In this document: piece after piece, positions 16,002-25,345 of the stretch
Position numbering within the stretch: position 1 is the first letter of the stretch
Layout of the letters: every line of letters starts with the position of its first letter
Notes under the pieces: model-generated
Databases searched by the model: none
What the model saw: only the letters and a program-made list of their open reading frames with translations
What the model was told of the DNA's origin: nothing
NCBI GenBank assembly: GCA_942493095.1
Contig: OW818675.1
Coordinates: forward strand, 3,030,001-3,062,000
Length of the DNA: 32,000 bases
DNA from: Candidatus Electronema halotolerans
GTDB taxonomy: Bacteria; Desulfobacterota; Desulfobulbia; Desulfobulbales; Desulfobulbaceae
Direction: 5' to 3'
Program-made: the position numbers and the translations under genes

Positions 16002-17018
16002 TTGAAGAGAAAGACCGGACTTCATCAGGCAACTGAACAGCATCTGGAATTCAGCGATGATGCCGCTGCCCAAGTGTTGTTCGGCGACCTGAACCGCAAT
16101 CTGCACACCGTTGAACAGGCTGCCGGAGTCCGCATTCATCAGCGGGGCGGCAGCCTGCTGCTTCAAGGGCAGGCCCATGCCGTGGAGCTGGCCGCGTCTC
16201 TGCTCCGCCAGCTCTACGGCTTAGTCCGCAAAGGCTGTCCGGTTTTCAGTCAGGATGTGGCCTTTGGCCTGAAAATCTTGGAAGCCTCCCCTGAGGCGGC
16301 CTTGGAGGAAATCTTTCTCGACAAGGTCTGCATCACGGCCAAAAAGCGGATCATCTCGCCAAAAACACTCAATCAGAAAAATTACATCGAGGCCATCCGC
16401 GAGAATGGCATAGTTTTCGGCATTGGCCCGGCAGGCACCGGCAAGACCTATTTAGCTGTGGCTATGGCGGTGGCCGCCCTGACTTCGGAGCTGGTGCAGC
16501 GAATCATTCTCACCCGGCCTGCTGTGGAGGCGGGCGAGAAGCTCGGCTTTCTGCCCGGCGACTTGGCTCAGAAGGTTGATCCCTACCTGCGCCCGCTCAC
16601 CGATGCCCTGAACGAGATGCTCGGCCCGGACAAGGCGGCGGAGCTGGTTGAGCGCGGGGTGATTGAGATCGCGCCGTTGGCCTTCATGCGCGGCAGAACC
16701 CTGAACAAGGGGTTCATCATTCTTGACGAGGCCCAGAACACCACCCGCGAGCAGATGAAGATGTTCCTGACCCGGATTGGCTTTGACTCGCAGGCCGTGA
16801 TCACCGGCGACATCACCCAGGTCGATCTGCCCGGAGGGCAGGCTTCAGGGCTGATTGATGCCAAACAGGTGCTGCGCAACATTGAAGGCATCAGCTTCTG
16901 CCAGTTTGACAGCAGCGACGTGGTCCGTCATCCGCTGGTCCAGCAGATCATCCTTGCCTACGAAAAAGCAGGCCGCAAAGAACAGGCGGATGCCGGGCAT
17001 GACCATCAACCTGATTGA
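16002..17018 (+). CDS. phoH: PhoH-like ATPase
   Basis: Walker [14 protein letters not shown] and Walker [10 protein letters not shown]. The start is uncertain. TTG at 16002 avoids an 83-nt overlap with the upstream gene that the ATG at 15903 would create. Confidence 0.85.
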   Translation: MKRKTGLHQATEQHLEFSDDAAAQVLFGDLNRNLHTVEQAAGVRIHQRGGSLLLQGQAHAVELAASLLRQLYGLVRKGCPVFSQDVAFGLKILEASPEAALEEIFLDKVCITAKKRIISPKTLNQKNYIEAIRENGIVFGIGPAGTGKTYLAVAMAVAALTSELVQRIILTRPAVEAGEKLGFLPGDLAQKVDPYLRPLTDALNEMLGPDKAAELVERGVIEIAPLAFMRGRTLNKGFIILDEAQNTTREQMKMFLTRIGFDSQAVITGDITQVDLPGGQASGLIDAKQVLRNIEGISFCQFDSSDVVRHPLVQQIILAYEKAGRKEQADAGHDHQPD

Positions 17019-17439
17019 TCAGGCCGACCAAAGCCGCTTCCGGCTCAATCATGCGTTCCTGCGAGCGCGGACAGCCCGGCTGCTGGACCTGCTTGGCCAG
17101 CAGGAGGCTGCGGTCAGCGTGGTTCTGCTGACAGATCAGGAAATGGCCCGCTACAATCAGACCTACCGGCACAAGGATGGGCCGACCAATGTGCTCTCCT
17201 TTCCGGCGGAGATGGAGGGCGAGCTGGGTGATATTCTTATTTCGGCAGACACGGCCTGGCGGGAAGCCGGAGAAAAACAGATTCCCCTCCATCAGCACCT
17301 CACGTGGCTGCTCATTCACGGTCTGCTGCATCTGCTGGGCCATGATCACGAGGCCTCCGAGGAGCAGGCGGAAATCATGCAGGACAAGGAAACACAGCTT
17401 TTTCAAGCTATTCAGCATCTTCATTCAGGAGGACGGATC
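16990..17439 (+). CDS. ybeY: Endoribonuclease YbeY domain (no stop codon; frame continues into pdxJ)
   Basis: Zinc motif [11 protein letters not shown]. The start is ATG at 16990 or 16999, overlapping the phoH end. No stop codon occurs before the pdxJ ATG at 17440, which is in the same frame. Confidence 0.8.
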
Positions 17440-18162
17440 ATGCCGCAGCTTGCTGTCAATGTTGACCATATTGCCACGATCAGAGAGGCCAGAGGCGGAG
17501 CGGAACCAGACCCGGTGCTGGCCGCAGGCATCTGCGAGCTGGCCGGAGCCAAAGGCATCGTCGTGCATCTGCGGGAGGATCGCCGTCATATTCAGGATCG
17601 GGACGTGCGCCTGCTCCGCCAGACTGTCAAGACCCGGCTCAATCTGGAAATGGCGGCAGTCAAAGAAATCATCGGCATTGCCTTGGAAGTGCTGCCGGAC
17701 TTGGTCACGCTGGTGCCGGAAAAGCGGCAGGAGCTGACCACTGAAGGCGGCTTGGACATCATTGCCAACGAGAAAAAAATCAAAAAAACGGTCAGCAGAA
17801 TGATCGAGGCAGGGATTCCAGTCTCCATTTTTGTTGATCCTGATGCCGAGCAGATCAAGGCGGCCTTGGATGTCGGCGCAGCCTGTGTCGAGCTGCACAC
17901 AGGCCGTTACTGTGACGCGAAGAGTCAGCAGGAGCGGGACCGGGAATTTCATCTGCTCGAACAGGCGGCAGAGACCGCTTTTGCCTCTGGCCTGCGGGTC
18001 AATGCGGGCCACGGTCTTGACTACCGCACCACAGGCCGGATCGCCGCTATTCCGGTAATTGAGGAGTTGAGCATTGGTCATGCCATCATTGCCCGGGCCG
18101 CCTTTGTCGGCTTGGATCAGGCGGTGCGGGAAATGCAGGACTGCATTGATCTGGCCGCCTGA
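17440..18162 (+). CDS. pdxJ: Pyridoxine 5'-phosphate synthase
   Basis: [19 protein letters not shown]..., [10 protein letters not shown] and NAGHGL are typical of PdxJ. It has its own strong SD, aggagg, with a 7-nt spacer (acggatc) before the ATG. Confidence 0.9.
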   Translation: MPQLAVNVDHIATIREARGGAEPDPVLAAGICELAGAKGIVVHLREDRRHIQDRDVRLLRQTVKTRLNLEMAAVKEIIGIALEVLPDLVTLVPEKRQELTTEGGLDIIANEKKIKKTVSRMIEAGIPVSIFVDPDAEQIKAALDVGAACVELHTGRYCDAKSQQERDREFHLLEQAAETAFASGLRVNAGHGLDYRTTGRIAAIPVIEELSIGHAIIARAAFVGLDQAVREMQDCIDLAA

Positions 18163-18166
18163 GACA

Positions 18167-18691
18167 ATGACCGCAATCAGCCGCAATCAGCCCTGCCCCT
18201 GCCGTTCAGGCCAAAAATACAAACATTGCTGTCTGCCGCTGCGCGAGGCCGGGCTGCCGCAGCCAAAGGTCAGATCAAATCAGCAGGTTTCGCTTTTGGC
18301 AGAAGTGGAGAAGGTGCAGCAGACCGCCATGCTGCGGCGGGAAAGCTGCCGCGAGCTGGGAGTCTTTGTCCTGTTCAGCACTCAAGACGGCGATGCTTGG
18401 GTGCTGGAGACCACGGAGCGCGATGCCTTTCAAGCCGGAGCCGCCGGGCTGCCACTGCCGCTGCCAGTGCATGAAAACCGGGAGGTGATCGAAGTGGATT
18501 GGAGCCACAGTTTTGCCCTCTGCGGCCGCCGCCTGCGCCTGACCGAGCATGAAAGCGGGGCGGAAACAGAGCTGCGCCGCGCTCCGACCATGCAAATCAG
18601 TGCTGCTCTGCGCCGAATAAAAAAACAGTATCCTGCCGAACTGCTCCGCCAAGTGCATCTGCGGCCTGACGCAGCTCAGTCTGCTGACTGA
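18167..18691 (+). CDS. SEC-C metal-binding motif protein, function unknown
   Basis: The N-terminal PCPCRSGQKYKHCC is the SEC-C motif. I prefer the ATG at 18167, directly after the pdxJ stop. Confidence 0.7.
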   Translation: MTAISRNQPCPCRSGQKYKHCCLPLREAGLPQPKVRSNQQVSLLAEVEKVQQTAMLRRESCRELGVFVLFSTQDGDAWVLETTERDAFQAGAAGLPLPLPVHENREVIEVDWSHSFALCGRRLRLTEHESGAETELRRAPTMQISAALRRIKKQYPAELLRQVHLRPDAAQSAD

Positions 18692-19015
18692 GATGCGTCT
18701 GCTCCGCTTCCTGCCGGTCATAAATCTTTGTCCCCTTTCGCTCACCTTCCTGCTTGGATATTCTGGCTGACACGGTCGGCGCGGCTATTGCCGTTCTTCT
18801 GCTGCAGGCCCGCCAGAAGAGGGTGACGGGCTGAAGCGCAGCCGCTGCCGGAAAACCTGCTTGAAATATAATAAAAAAAACAGTACAATTTATTGTACTT
18901 GTTGGAATGGCAAAAAAGATGCTGCTGCTCAATTTTATCGCATTGCAATGATATGATTTCGCGTATGACGCGCTGGGCTGCCAAGCACTGCCGCTGTCGG
19001 CAGGGCAAGCTGAAT

Positions 19016-20515
19016 ATGCGGCTGCCGGTGGGAAAGGCCGTCAGAAAAAATAAAAAAATGATCTTGTGCAGCTCTGTGGTCATTGTATCTGTTGAACTGA
19101 TTTTTCTCTTCATCACATACACTTCCTTGCGGAGCACCATGTTCCTCACCCTGCTGCAGCAGGCGCGGCGGCATCAGGATGAGTTCACGCTCAATCTGAA
19201 AATGGCGTATAACAGCATGTTGCAGATGTCAACCCTGATCACCAGCAACAGCGATTTGACCAAGGCGCTGCTCAAGGAGCAGCCGCATCCTGCCGACGAC
19301 GCAGACAATCAGAAAAAAAATCAGGAACAGAACGCGCCGACAAAGCCGCCTTTTCAAAAAACCTATCAATTTGGCTCTCTTGAAAGCAGTCCTTATCTGC
19401 TTTCAAGAGACAGGCAGACCTATAGCTGGCTTCGGGGCGTGTCGCCTGTCTGGGCTGTGAATCCCAGCAGCAATGAAAAAGTGTATGTTGGCGCAGTGGA
19501 AATCAGCACCACTTTCAAGGATATTGTCAGGCTGTACGGCAAGCTGTTCCGGGTTGATGCGGCTGTGCTGCTCAACAAGGAACATGTGCGCAACAGAATG
19601 TGGAATGACAGCACAAAAAAATATTTTGAAAACCATCCCAATGCCAATCATTATGTCGAAGTGGCCACTTCTCCGCTGCTTGCGGAAATGCTCTCTCATA
19701 TCTTCATCAAAAGCGATTATAAAACAGACAATGTCTCAATAGTTTACCATGACCACGCCTTTTATTCGCTCTATTACTTTCCGCTGCCGGAAAATGATGA
19801 TCAGGAGCCAAATGCGGAACTGCCTGGCTTCATGCTGATTTGGGAGGATGTTTCTGATCAGGTCTTTCAGCATGCAAAAAATTTTGCTGTTGCTGTCGGA
19901 CTGGCGGTGCTCGCCTTTTTTCTGATTGAAAGCGGCCTGATCTGGCTGCTGAACCGGGAGACGCGGCTCTCCGCCGCAGAGCAGTGCGCGGCAGTGGATG
20001 AGCTGACCGGGCTGTTCAACCGCCGCTATTTTGACGATCTTTTGGAAAATGAACTGCACCGGATCAAGTTGAGCCACGATGCGCCCCTGTCGCTGATCAT
20101 CTGTGATGTTGACTACTTCAAGCGGTACAACGACACTTATGGCCATAAAGCGGGCGATGAATGCCTCCAGCAGATCGCGGACACGCTCCGGCGGCAGGCG
20201 AGGCGGAGCAGCGACTGCGTGGCCCGCTACGGCGGCGAGGAATTTGTCATTGTCCTGCCGCGCACCGACCTCCCTGCGGCGATTGAAATTGCTGAAACCG
20301 CCCGCAAAGCCGTGCTTGGCCTCAGCATCCCTCATGCCAGCTCCAGCATTGTGCCGGTGGTCACTGTGACCTTGGGCGTGGCCTGCACCAAGCAGCTGGC
20401 TGAATATGACAACCTGTTCGAGGCAGCTGACCGGAATCTTTACATTGCCAAAAACAATGGCCGCAACCGGATCGAACCGTTGAAGCGGGATGCTCTCAAA
20501 ACTATGGCAATATGA
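19016..20515 (+). CDS. Membrane-bound diguanylate cyclase (GGDEF) with a periplasmic sensor region
   Basis: Two TM segments flank a loop of ~300 aa. The C-terminal GGDEF domain has active-site GGEEF and an RSSD I-site five residues upstream. The start is uncertain between 18893 and 19058. Confidence 0.85.
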   Translation: MRLPVGKAVRKNKKMILCSSVVIVSVELIFLFITYTSLRSTMFLTLLQQARRHQDEFTLNLKMAYNSMLQMSTLITSNSDLTKALLKEQPHPADDADNQKKNQEQNAPTKPPFQKTYQFGSLESSPYLLSRDRQTYSWLRGVSPVWAVNPSSNEKVYVGAVEISTTFKDIVRLYGKLFRVDAAVLLNKEHVRNRMWNDSTKKYFENHPNANHYVEVATSPLLAEMLSHIFIKSDYKTDNVSIVYHDHAFYSLYYFPLPENDDQEPNAELPGFMLIWEDVSDQVFQHAKNFAVAVGLAVLAFFLIESGLIWLLNRETRLSAAEQCAAVDELTGLFNRRYFDDLLENELHRIKLSHDAPLSLIICDVDYFKRYNDTYGHKAGDECLQQIADTLRRQARRSSDCVARYGGEEFVIVLPRTDLPAAIEIAETARKAVLGLSIPHASSSIVPVVTVTLGVACTKQLAEYDNLFEAADRNLYIAKNNGRNRIEPLKRDALKTMAI

Positions 20516-20533
20516 CAGGCTGCCAGTTTTTTC

Positions 20534-21871
20534 ATGAAAATTTGCCAAGATAAGCCTGCGGCCCGGCGGCTGGCTCTTGCCTGCCTGACGGCTTGGTCAG
20601 GCACTGGCAGGCCGGTGCAGGGGTTCCTTGACAGCATCATCCATGCCGCCAATCTGAGCAGCGAGGACAGGCAGCTGGCAGTGATGCTGGTTATGGGCGC
20701 AGTGCGGCGGCAGGGCGTTCTTGACCAGATCATCAGCCGTTTCAGCAAAACGGCCCTGGCCAAGATGAAGCCGCTGACCTTGGCCGCCCTGCGGATCGGG
20801 ATTTTTCAGCTCTGTTTCTTGGAGCGGGTGCCCGCTACGGCGGCAGTCAATGAGACAGTGGCTGCTCTGAAGAAAATGCGCCAGCCTGCTTGGCTGCTCG
20901 GTTTTGTCAATGGCCTGCTGCGCAATATCGCCCGGCACAAGGAGGAGCTGCCCCGGCCTGAAGACTTTGGCCCGGAAATCAATCATCCGGCGTGGCTGAT
21001 TGCACGCTGGCAGCGGCAGTTTGGCGTGAAGAAAACGCAGACCATCTGTCAGATCAATGACATGGAGCCGCAGCTCTGCCTGCGCAGTTCAGGTGTGAAG
21101 AAAGAGGAGCTGGTCCAACGGCTGACGGAACAGGGCATCAGTACTGTGCCGGGACGATACGCGCCGGACAGCCTGCTTGTCCCTGACTGGCGCGGCCCAG
21201 TCACTGCCCTGCCCGGTTTTGCCCAAGGACTGTTTCAGGTGCAGGATCAGGCAGCCCAGCTCGCCTGCCTTCTGCTTGGTCCGTTCCAAGAGCAGGGCCG
21301 CTATTTGGATGCCTGCGCCGGCTTGGGCGGCAAAACCTGCGCCCTGGCCGCACTCCTGCCTGCGGGCGCATCGCTGACTGCGGTGGAGCCGGATGCCCGC
21401 CGTATCAGCCTTCTGCACGAAAACTTGGCCCGCCAGCAGCTACAGGACCGGGTCAGTATTTTTCATGGCCGCTTGGAAGAGTTCGCTGCAACTGCGCCGC
21501 CGCCGTTTGACGGCATTCTCTTGGACGCGCCCTGTTCTGGCACCGGAGTGATCCGCAGGCAGCCGGATATCCGCTGGAACCGGCAGCCGGACGATTTTGC
21601 CAAGCATCAAGCCGTGCAGCTCGGCCTGCTCCAGACAGCGGCAAAGCTGCTGGCAACAAACGGGGTGCTGGTCTATGCCACCTGCTCCCTTGAGCCGGAA
21701 GAAAACCAGCAGCTCATTGCCCAGTTCCTATCTGCGCAAAATGATTGTAATCTGAGTGATTGCCACGACCTGCTCCCGCCAGTTGCAGCAGAGCTGCTTG
21801 ATGGGCAAGGCTGCTTCGCGCCGCTGCCAAGTCAAGAGATGGACGGCTTTTTTGCGGCAAGATTGAACTGA
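20534..21871 (+). CDS. rsmB: 16S rRNA (cytosine-C5)-methyltransferase RsmB/Sun
   Basis: NusB-like N-terminus. SAM motif DACAGLGGKT and catalytic motifs DAPCSGTG and ATCS. Confidence 0.85.
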   Translation: MKICQDKPAARRLALACLTAWSGTGRPVQGFLDSIIHAANLSSEDRQLAVMLVMGAVRRQGVLDQIISRFSKTALAKMKPLTLAALRIGIFQLCFLERVPATAAVNETVAALKKMRQPAWLLGFVNGLLRNIARHKEELPRPEDFGPEINHPAWLIARWQRQFGVKKTQTICQINDMEPQLCLRSSGVKKEELVQRLTEQGISTVPGRYAPDSLLVPDWRGPVTALPGFAQGLFQVQDQAAQLACLLLGPFQEQGRYLDACAGLGGKTCALAALLPAGASLTAVEPDARRISLLHENLARQQLQDRVSIFHGRLEEFAATAPPPFDGILLDAPCSGTGVIRRQPDIRWNRQPDDFAKHQAVQLGLLQTAAKLLATNGVLVYATCSLEPEENQQLIAQFLSAQNDCNLSDCHDLLPPVAAELLDGQGCFAPLPSQEMDGFFAARLN

Positions 21872-21984
21872 ATGTAAACTGTCAAGCCCTTGCCATAGCC
21901 TATGCTCTGGAGCAGGCAACAGCCTTCCGGTGCAAGTAAAAGGAGCAGCGATGCGCAGTTGCAGGACTGCGGCAGGCAGGGTCT

Positions 21985-22830
21985 CTACAACGGCAAGTCC
22001 GGGTGAATCAGCTTGGCAATGACGGCAAGGGTGCTGGCAAAGGTGGCGGGCGAGGGGCTGCATACCAAGTTTGGGCTGATAACATGCACTTGGCCGCGCT
22101 GCACTGCGCTGAGAAAGGGAAAGCCCTGCCAGGTTTCCTTTTCCTGCCGGGCCAGGCCGCCGCTCTCGCTGCCCATCATGGCAATAAGGATGACATCCGG
22201 GTTCAGGTCGATCACCTTTTCCCGGCTGACCGTGCCGTGGAACTGCCCGGCCAAGATATTGCTGCTGTTGCTCAGGGTGATGTAGTCTTGAGTGAAGGAG
22301 TCTGGGGCCGCACCAAAAAGAGGACTGGCTCCGATCTGGAGAAAGACCTTCTGCTTGGGCAGCTTGGCGGCGGCAGCGGCAATAGCCTCCACCTTGGCCT
22401 GAGCCTGTTGAATGACCTCCTCTGCCTTGTCCTCCAGACCGAGCAAGGTGCCAAGCTGGCGGAAATGGCCGCACACCTGCGCAAAGGAGTCTGGCTGCCT
22501 GAACTGCACCACCTTGAGACCAAGACGGCGCAGCTTGTCCATCTGCGGCGGTGAGGTCAGGCCGGTGGCTAAAACCAGATCAGGGCGCAGGGCAAGCAGC
22601 TTTTCCACAGAAAACTGCATCACCGAGCCGACCTTGGCTTTCTCCTTGGCCGCTGGCGGGCGGACGCAGTAGGTCGTAGTGCCGACCAAGCGGTCGCCCG
22701 CACCAAGGAGGAAGACGTTCTCGGTGTTCATTGGTCCGAGTGAGACAATCCGCTGGGGCCGGGCTGCGCTGCTGTCTTCCAAGGGCAGCAGGCAGAGCAG
22801 GAGGGCGGCAAGTAGGACAAGGCGCTTCAT
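21985..22830 (-). CDS. Periplasmic substrate-binding protein, BtuF/FhuD-like (cobalamin or iron-chelate)
   Basis: Signal peptide present. PQRIVSLGPMNTENVFLLGAGDRLVG is typical of the cluster A binding-protein N-terminus. It starts 3 nt after the TonB receptor stop. Confidence 0.75.
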   Translation of the reverse strand: MKRLVLLAALLLCLLPLEDSSAARPQRIVSLGPMNTENVFLLGAGDRLVGTTTYCVRPPAAKEKAKVGSVMQFSVEKLLALRPDLVLATGLTSPPQMDKLRRLGLKVVQFRQPDSFAQVCGHFRQLGTLLGLEDKAEEVIQQAQAKVEAIAAAAAKLPKQKVFLQIGASPLFGAAPDSFTQDYITLSNSSNILAGQFHGTVSREKVIDLNPDVILIAMMGSESGGLARQEKETWQGFPFLSAVQRGQVHVISPNLVCSPSPATFASTLAVIAKLIHPDLPL

Positions 22831-22833
22831 GGC

Positions 22834-24786
22834 TCAATACTCCCAACGCAGGCTGAGGAAGAGACTGCGGCCCGGCAGGGGATAGCCCTTGACATAGGCG
22901 TAGTCCTCATCTAAGAGATTGCTGGCTCGACCGCGCAAGGAAAACGCGCCATAGATCGGGTCCTCATAGAACCGCCACGCTGCTGTCAGATCAGCGACCA
23001 TGCTGGAGTCCAGCTCGACCAAAGGCCGGGGGCTGGCCTCGGACTGCCAGTCTTCCACAAGCTGCCTGCCCATGCAGGCCACGTTGAGGCGAAAGGAGAG
23101 CCTGCCGCCGTCATCCGCAGCCAGCCCGGCTGCCAGAGTTGAGCCGCTGACCTGCTCAAGGTCTTCACCTGTGCTTTTGTTCTCATACTGGGTCAGGACA
23201 GTCAGATTGAGATAGGGGCGCACCGACCAGCTCCAGTTGAGCAGCAGGCCGAGGTCATGGGAGAACTGGCCCTCAAGGCCGGAGATGACCGCATCGCCAA
23301 GATTCTGCCAGCTTCGGGTGCTGTCCGGCAGCGGGGCGACAATGATCTTGTCCTCAAAGTCGGTGTGAAAGTAGGTGAGCGCGGCTTGGAAAAAGCCTTG
23401 GCTGAAGTCGAGACCTGCTTCATAGGTCGTGCTCTGCTCTGGTGCAAGAGCAGGGTTGCCCACAGTGCGGGTGCCGAACCTGCTGAAATCCGCGCCAAGC
23501 TGATCCGCTGAGGGCAGGACAAAGCCTTGGGCATAGCGGGCGCGCAGTTTGAGGGCATCCGTGGCCAGCCAAGTCAGGCCGACCTGCGGCGTGAAATGAC
23601 TGTCGTCGTGGCTGCGGCCTGCTGGTTCCTCCATCTCGGTGCTGTACCAGTCATAGCGCAGCCCTGCATCAAGGCTCAGGCGGTCTTTAAGCAGACTCGT
23701 CCTGCCCAGCAGGAACAGGGCCGGGTTGCTGTAGCTGGTTTCCTGCGGTGTCCAAGTGTTTTCGACTTCATAGTACAGCCAGTCCGCTCCGGCAGTGACT
23801 GTTGCCAAGCCAAACGCGCTCGTGAACTGGGCTTGCCCGCCCTGCTGCTTGGTCGTGTTTTCCGAGACGCTGCCGTCATCCCAGCCGTCTGGATCAGAGG
23901 CAGCCGGATCAAGCCAGCTGTTGTTGTCCTTGCCCAAGAAATAGCGGACCAGCCACTGCTGGGACTGTGATCCTTTGCCCCGCCAGCTCAGGTCAGCCGA
24001 CCAATTCTCCTTATCCGTCCGGTCATCCAAGTCATTGCTGGCCAAATAGCCGGGGTTGCCTGCATCGTCCAGATTCGAGGCCGTGATGATCAGGCCAACA
24101 CGGTTTTCTTTTGTGAACGACCAGCCTGCATTGAGGCTGAGGCCGGTCTCGCTGCTGGCAGTGTTGCCATAGAGCTGCCCGCTGCCGGTCTCATAGTCGC
24201 CTTGTTCAGAGCGGGAGACGCTGCCTGCAAAATCGAAGTGCTCCTTGACCCAGGTGCCGCTGAGACTGGCTGCAGCCGCATCAAAGGAGCCAGCCCCAGC
24301 CTCGGCGGCCAAGGCGTTCTTCTCACCTTGGCGAGTGATGATGTTGATCACTCCGCCCATGCCTGCGGAGCCGTACTGCACTGCTCCCGGCCCCCGGATG
24401 ATCTCAATCCGCTCGACATTGTCGGTCAGGAGCTTGGCCGCGTTGCCAGTCCCAGCCCGGCGGCCATCAAGCAGGATCAGGACATGGCCTTGCAAGTCGT
24501 TGCCGTGGGTGTCGGTGCTGAAACCGCGCAGGCCGACTGCAGTCAGTCCGCCCGGATACTGACGCACTTGGGCAGCACCTGTTTGCGCCAGCAGCTCGCC
24601 GACCGTGGCTGCGGCAGACTGAGCAATCTCCTCATGGTCAATGACCCTGACAGCTGCGCTGACCTGTTTGCGGCTCTCTTCCACCCGGGAGGCCGTGACC
24701 ACCACTTCGTCCAGCAGCACAGAGGCGGCGACCGGCTGCATCCAGAGCAACAGCGGGCAGAGCAGGACAATCTGTTTCTTCTTCAT
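22834..24786 (-). CDS. btuB: TonB-dependent outer-membrane receptor (BtuB-like)
   Basis: Signal peptide, TonB-box/plug region (DEVVVTASR, IEIIRGPGAVQYGS) and a C-terminal beta-barrel ending in ...LSLRWEY. A cobalamin riboswitch lies upstream. Start chosen at M21 (24786). Confidence 0.85.
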   Translation of the reverse strand: MKKKQIVLLCPLLLWMQPVAASVLLDEVVVTASRVEESRKQVSAAVRVIDHEEIAQSAAATVGELLAQTGAAQVRQYPGGLTAVGLRGFSTDTHGNDLQGHVLILLDGRRAGTGNAAKLLTDNVERIEIIRGPGAVQYGSAGMGGVINIITRQGEKNALAAEAGAGSFDAAAASLSGTWVKEHFDFAGSVSRSEQGDYETGSGQLYGNTASSETGLSLNAGWSFTKENRVGLIITASNLDDAGNPGYLASNDLDDRTDKENWSADLSWRGKGSQSQQWLVRYFLGKDNNSWLDPAASDPDGWDDGSVSENTTKQQGGQAQFTSAFGLATVTAGADWLYYEVENTWTPQETSYSNPALFLLGRTSLLKDRLSLDAGLRYDWYSTEMEEPAGRSHDDSHFTPQVGLTWLATDALKLRARYAQGFVLPSADQLGADFSRFGTRTVGNPALAPEQSTTYEAGLDFSQGFFQAALTYFHTDFEDKIIVAPLPDSTRSWQNLGDAVISGLEGQFSHDLGLLLNWSWSVRPYLNLTVLTQYENKSTGEDLEQVSGSTLAAGLAADDGGRLSFRLNVACMGRQLVEDWQSEASPRPLVELDSSMVADLTAAWRFYEDPIYGAFSLRGRASNLLDEDYAYVKGYPLPGRSLFLSLRWEY

Positions 24787-24822
24787 CTCTTCGCTCGGTT
24801 CAGGTTCTGTCCGGGAGAAACG

Positions 24823-24858
24823 AAAAATCCCCAGACCAATATACAATTGATCCGGGGA
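24823..24858 (-). terminator. Riboswitch expression-platform terminator (attenuator)
   Basis: On the minus strand tccccgga / tctgggga form an 8-bp stem (one G-U pair) with a 15-nt loop, followed by ttttt. It sits between the aptamer and the btuB start. Confidence 0.55.
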
Positions 24859-24938
24859 TGCCCTTGCTTATCCGCGCAGATGCAGCTTGAGAATCTCCTG
24901 TCCACGAGGATTCCCGCAGCGTTGGTGCTGCTGCCGCA

Positions 24939-25116
24939 TCTCAGGCAGGTCTTCTGACTCCCCTGCTCCGGCAATGGCCTTCCCGTCCGGCTGGACAGTG
25001 GCGCACAAGATTGCCGGAGTTCCTTTCCGCAGCAAGGAAAGGCAGGGTTACAGCGGCGGGCCCGTTCCGGTTTCGCACCGGATTCCCTTTTCATCCGCGC
25101 AGCGCGGAACCTGAGA
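24939..25116 (-). promoter_or_regulatory. Cobalamin (AdoCbl) riboswitch aptamer
   Basis: The minus strand reads AAAAGGGAATCCGGTGCGAAACCGG...CCCGCCGCTGTAA...GCCACTG...GGGAAGG...GAGTCAGAAGACCTGCC (B12 box at 24944-24960). P1 is closed by tctcagg / cctgaga. Confidence 0.85.
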
Positions 25117-25124
25117 ACTGGCCC

Positions 25125-25153
25125 ATCATAGCCGCAATGGACAGTCGCGTCAA
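25125..25153 (-). promoter_or_regulatory. Candidate sigma70 promoter for the riboswitch-btuB transcript
   Basis: Minus strand: TTGACG, a 17-nt spacer, then TATGAT. It ends about 8 nt upstream of riboswitch P1. Confidence 0.45.
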
Positions 25154-25281
25154 GTCTCCTGCCGCATGAGCAGCCTGCGGAGCAGTTTGCCCTGCCAGCC
25201 AAACAGGTCAGCTTGAATGCAACATATATTCAGCAATGGCATGAATTGAACTGTGCTGGATTCACGTTCCAAGCGCAGGCG

Positions 25282-25315
25282 CAAAAAAAAGGAAGCTGTC
25301 TGTGCAGACAGCTTC
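25282..25315 (-). terminator. Rho-independent terminator of the 25346-26065 gene
   Basis: 11-bp stem ggaagctgtct / agacagcttcc with a 4-nt loop, followed on the minus strand by an 8-T run. Confidence 0.65.
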
Positions 25316-25345
25316 CTTGGGGTTTCCTGCCGTTCTTTCTGTCGG

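Noticed and set aside
17425-18186. 253-aa minus-strand ORF opposite pdxJ
   Set aside because: It is antisense to a gene with clear PdxJ motifs and no recognisable features of its own.
19736-20548. 270-aa minus-strand ORF opposite the GGDEF domain
   Set aside because: It is antisense to a domain with GGEEF and I-site motifs and is most likely spurious.
21728-22474. 248-aa Pro/Gly/Arg-rich minus-strand ORF overlapping the binding-protein gene in another frame
   Set aside because: The 21985-22830 frame has a signal peptide and a BtuF/FhuD-like N-terminus. This alternative frame is low-complexity and crosses the convergent rsmB end.
24202-24957. 251-aa plus-strand ORF
   Set aside because: It is antisense to the TonB-dependent receptor and runs through the riboswitch expression platform.
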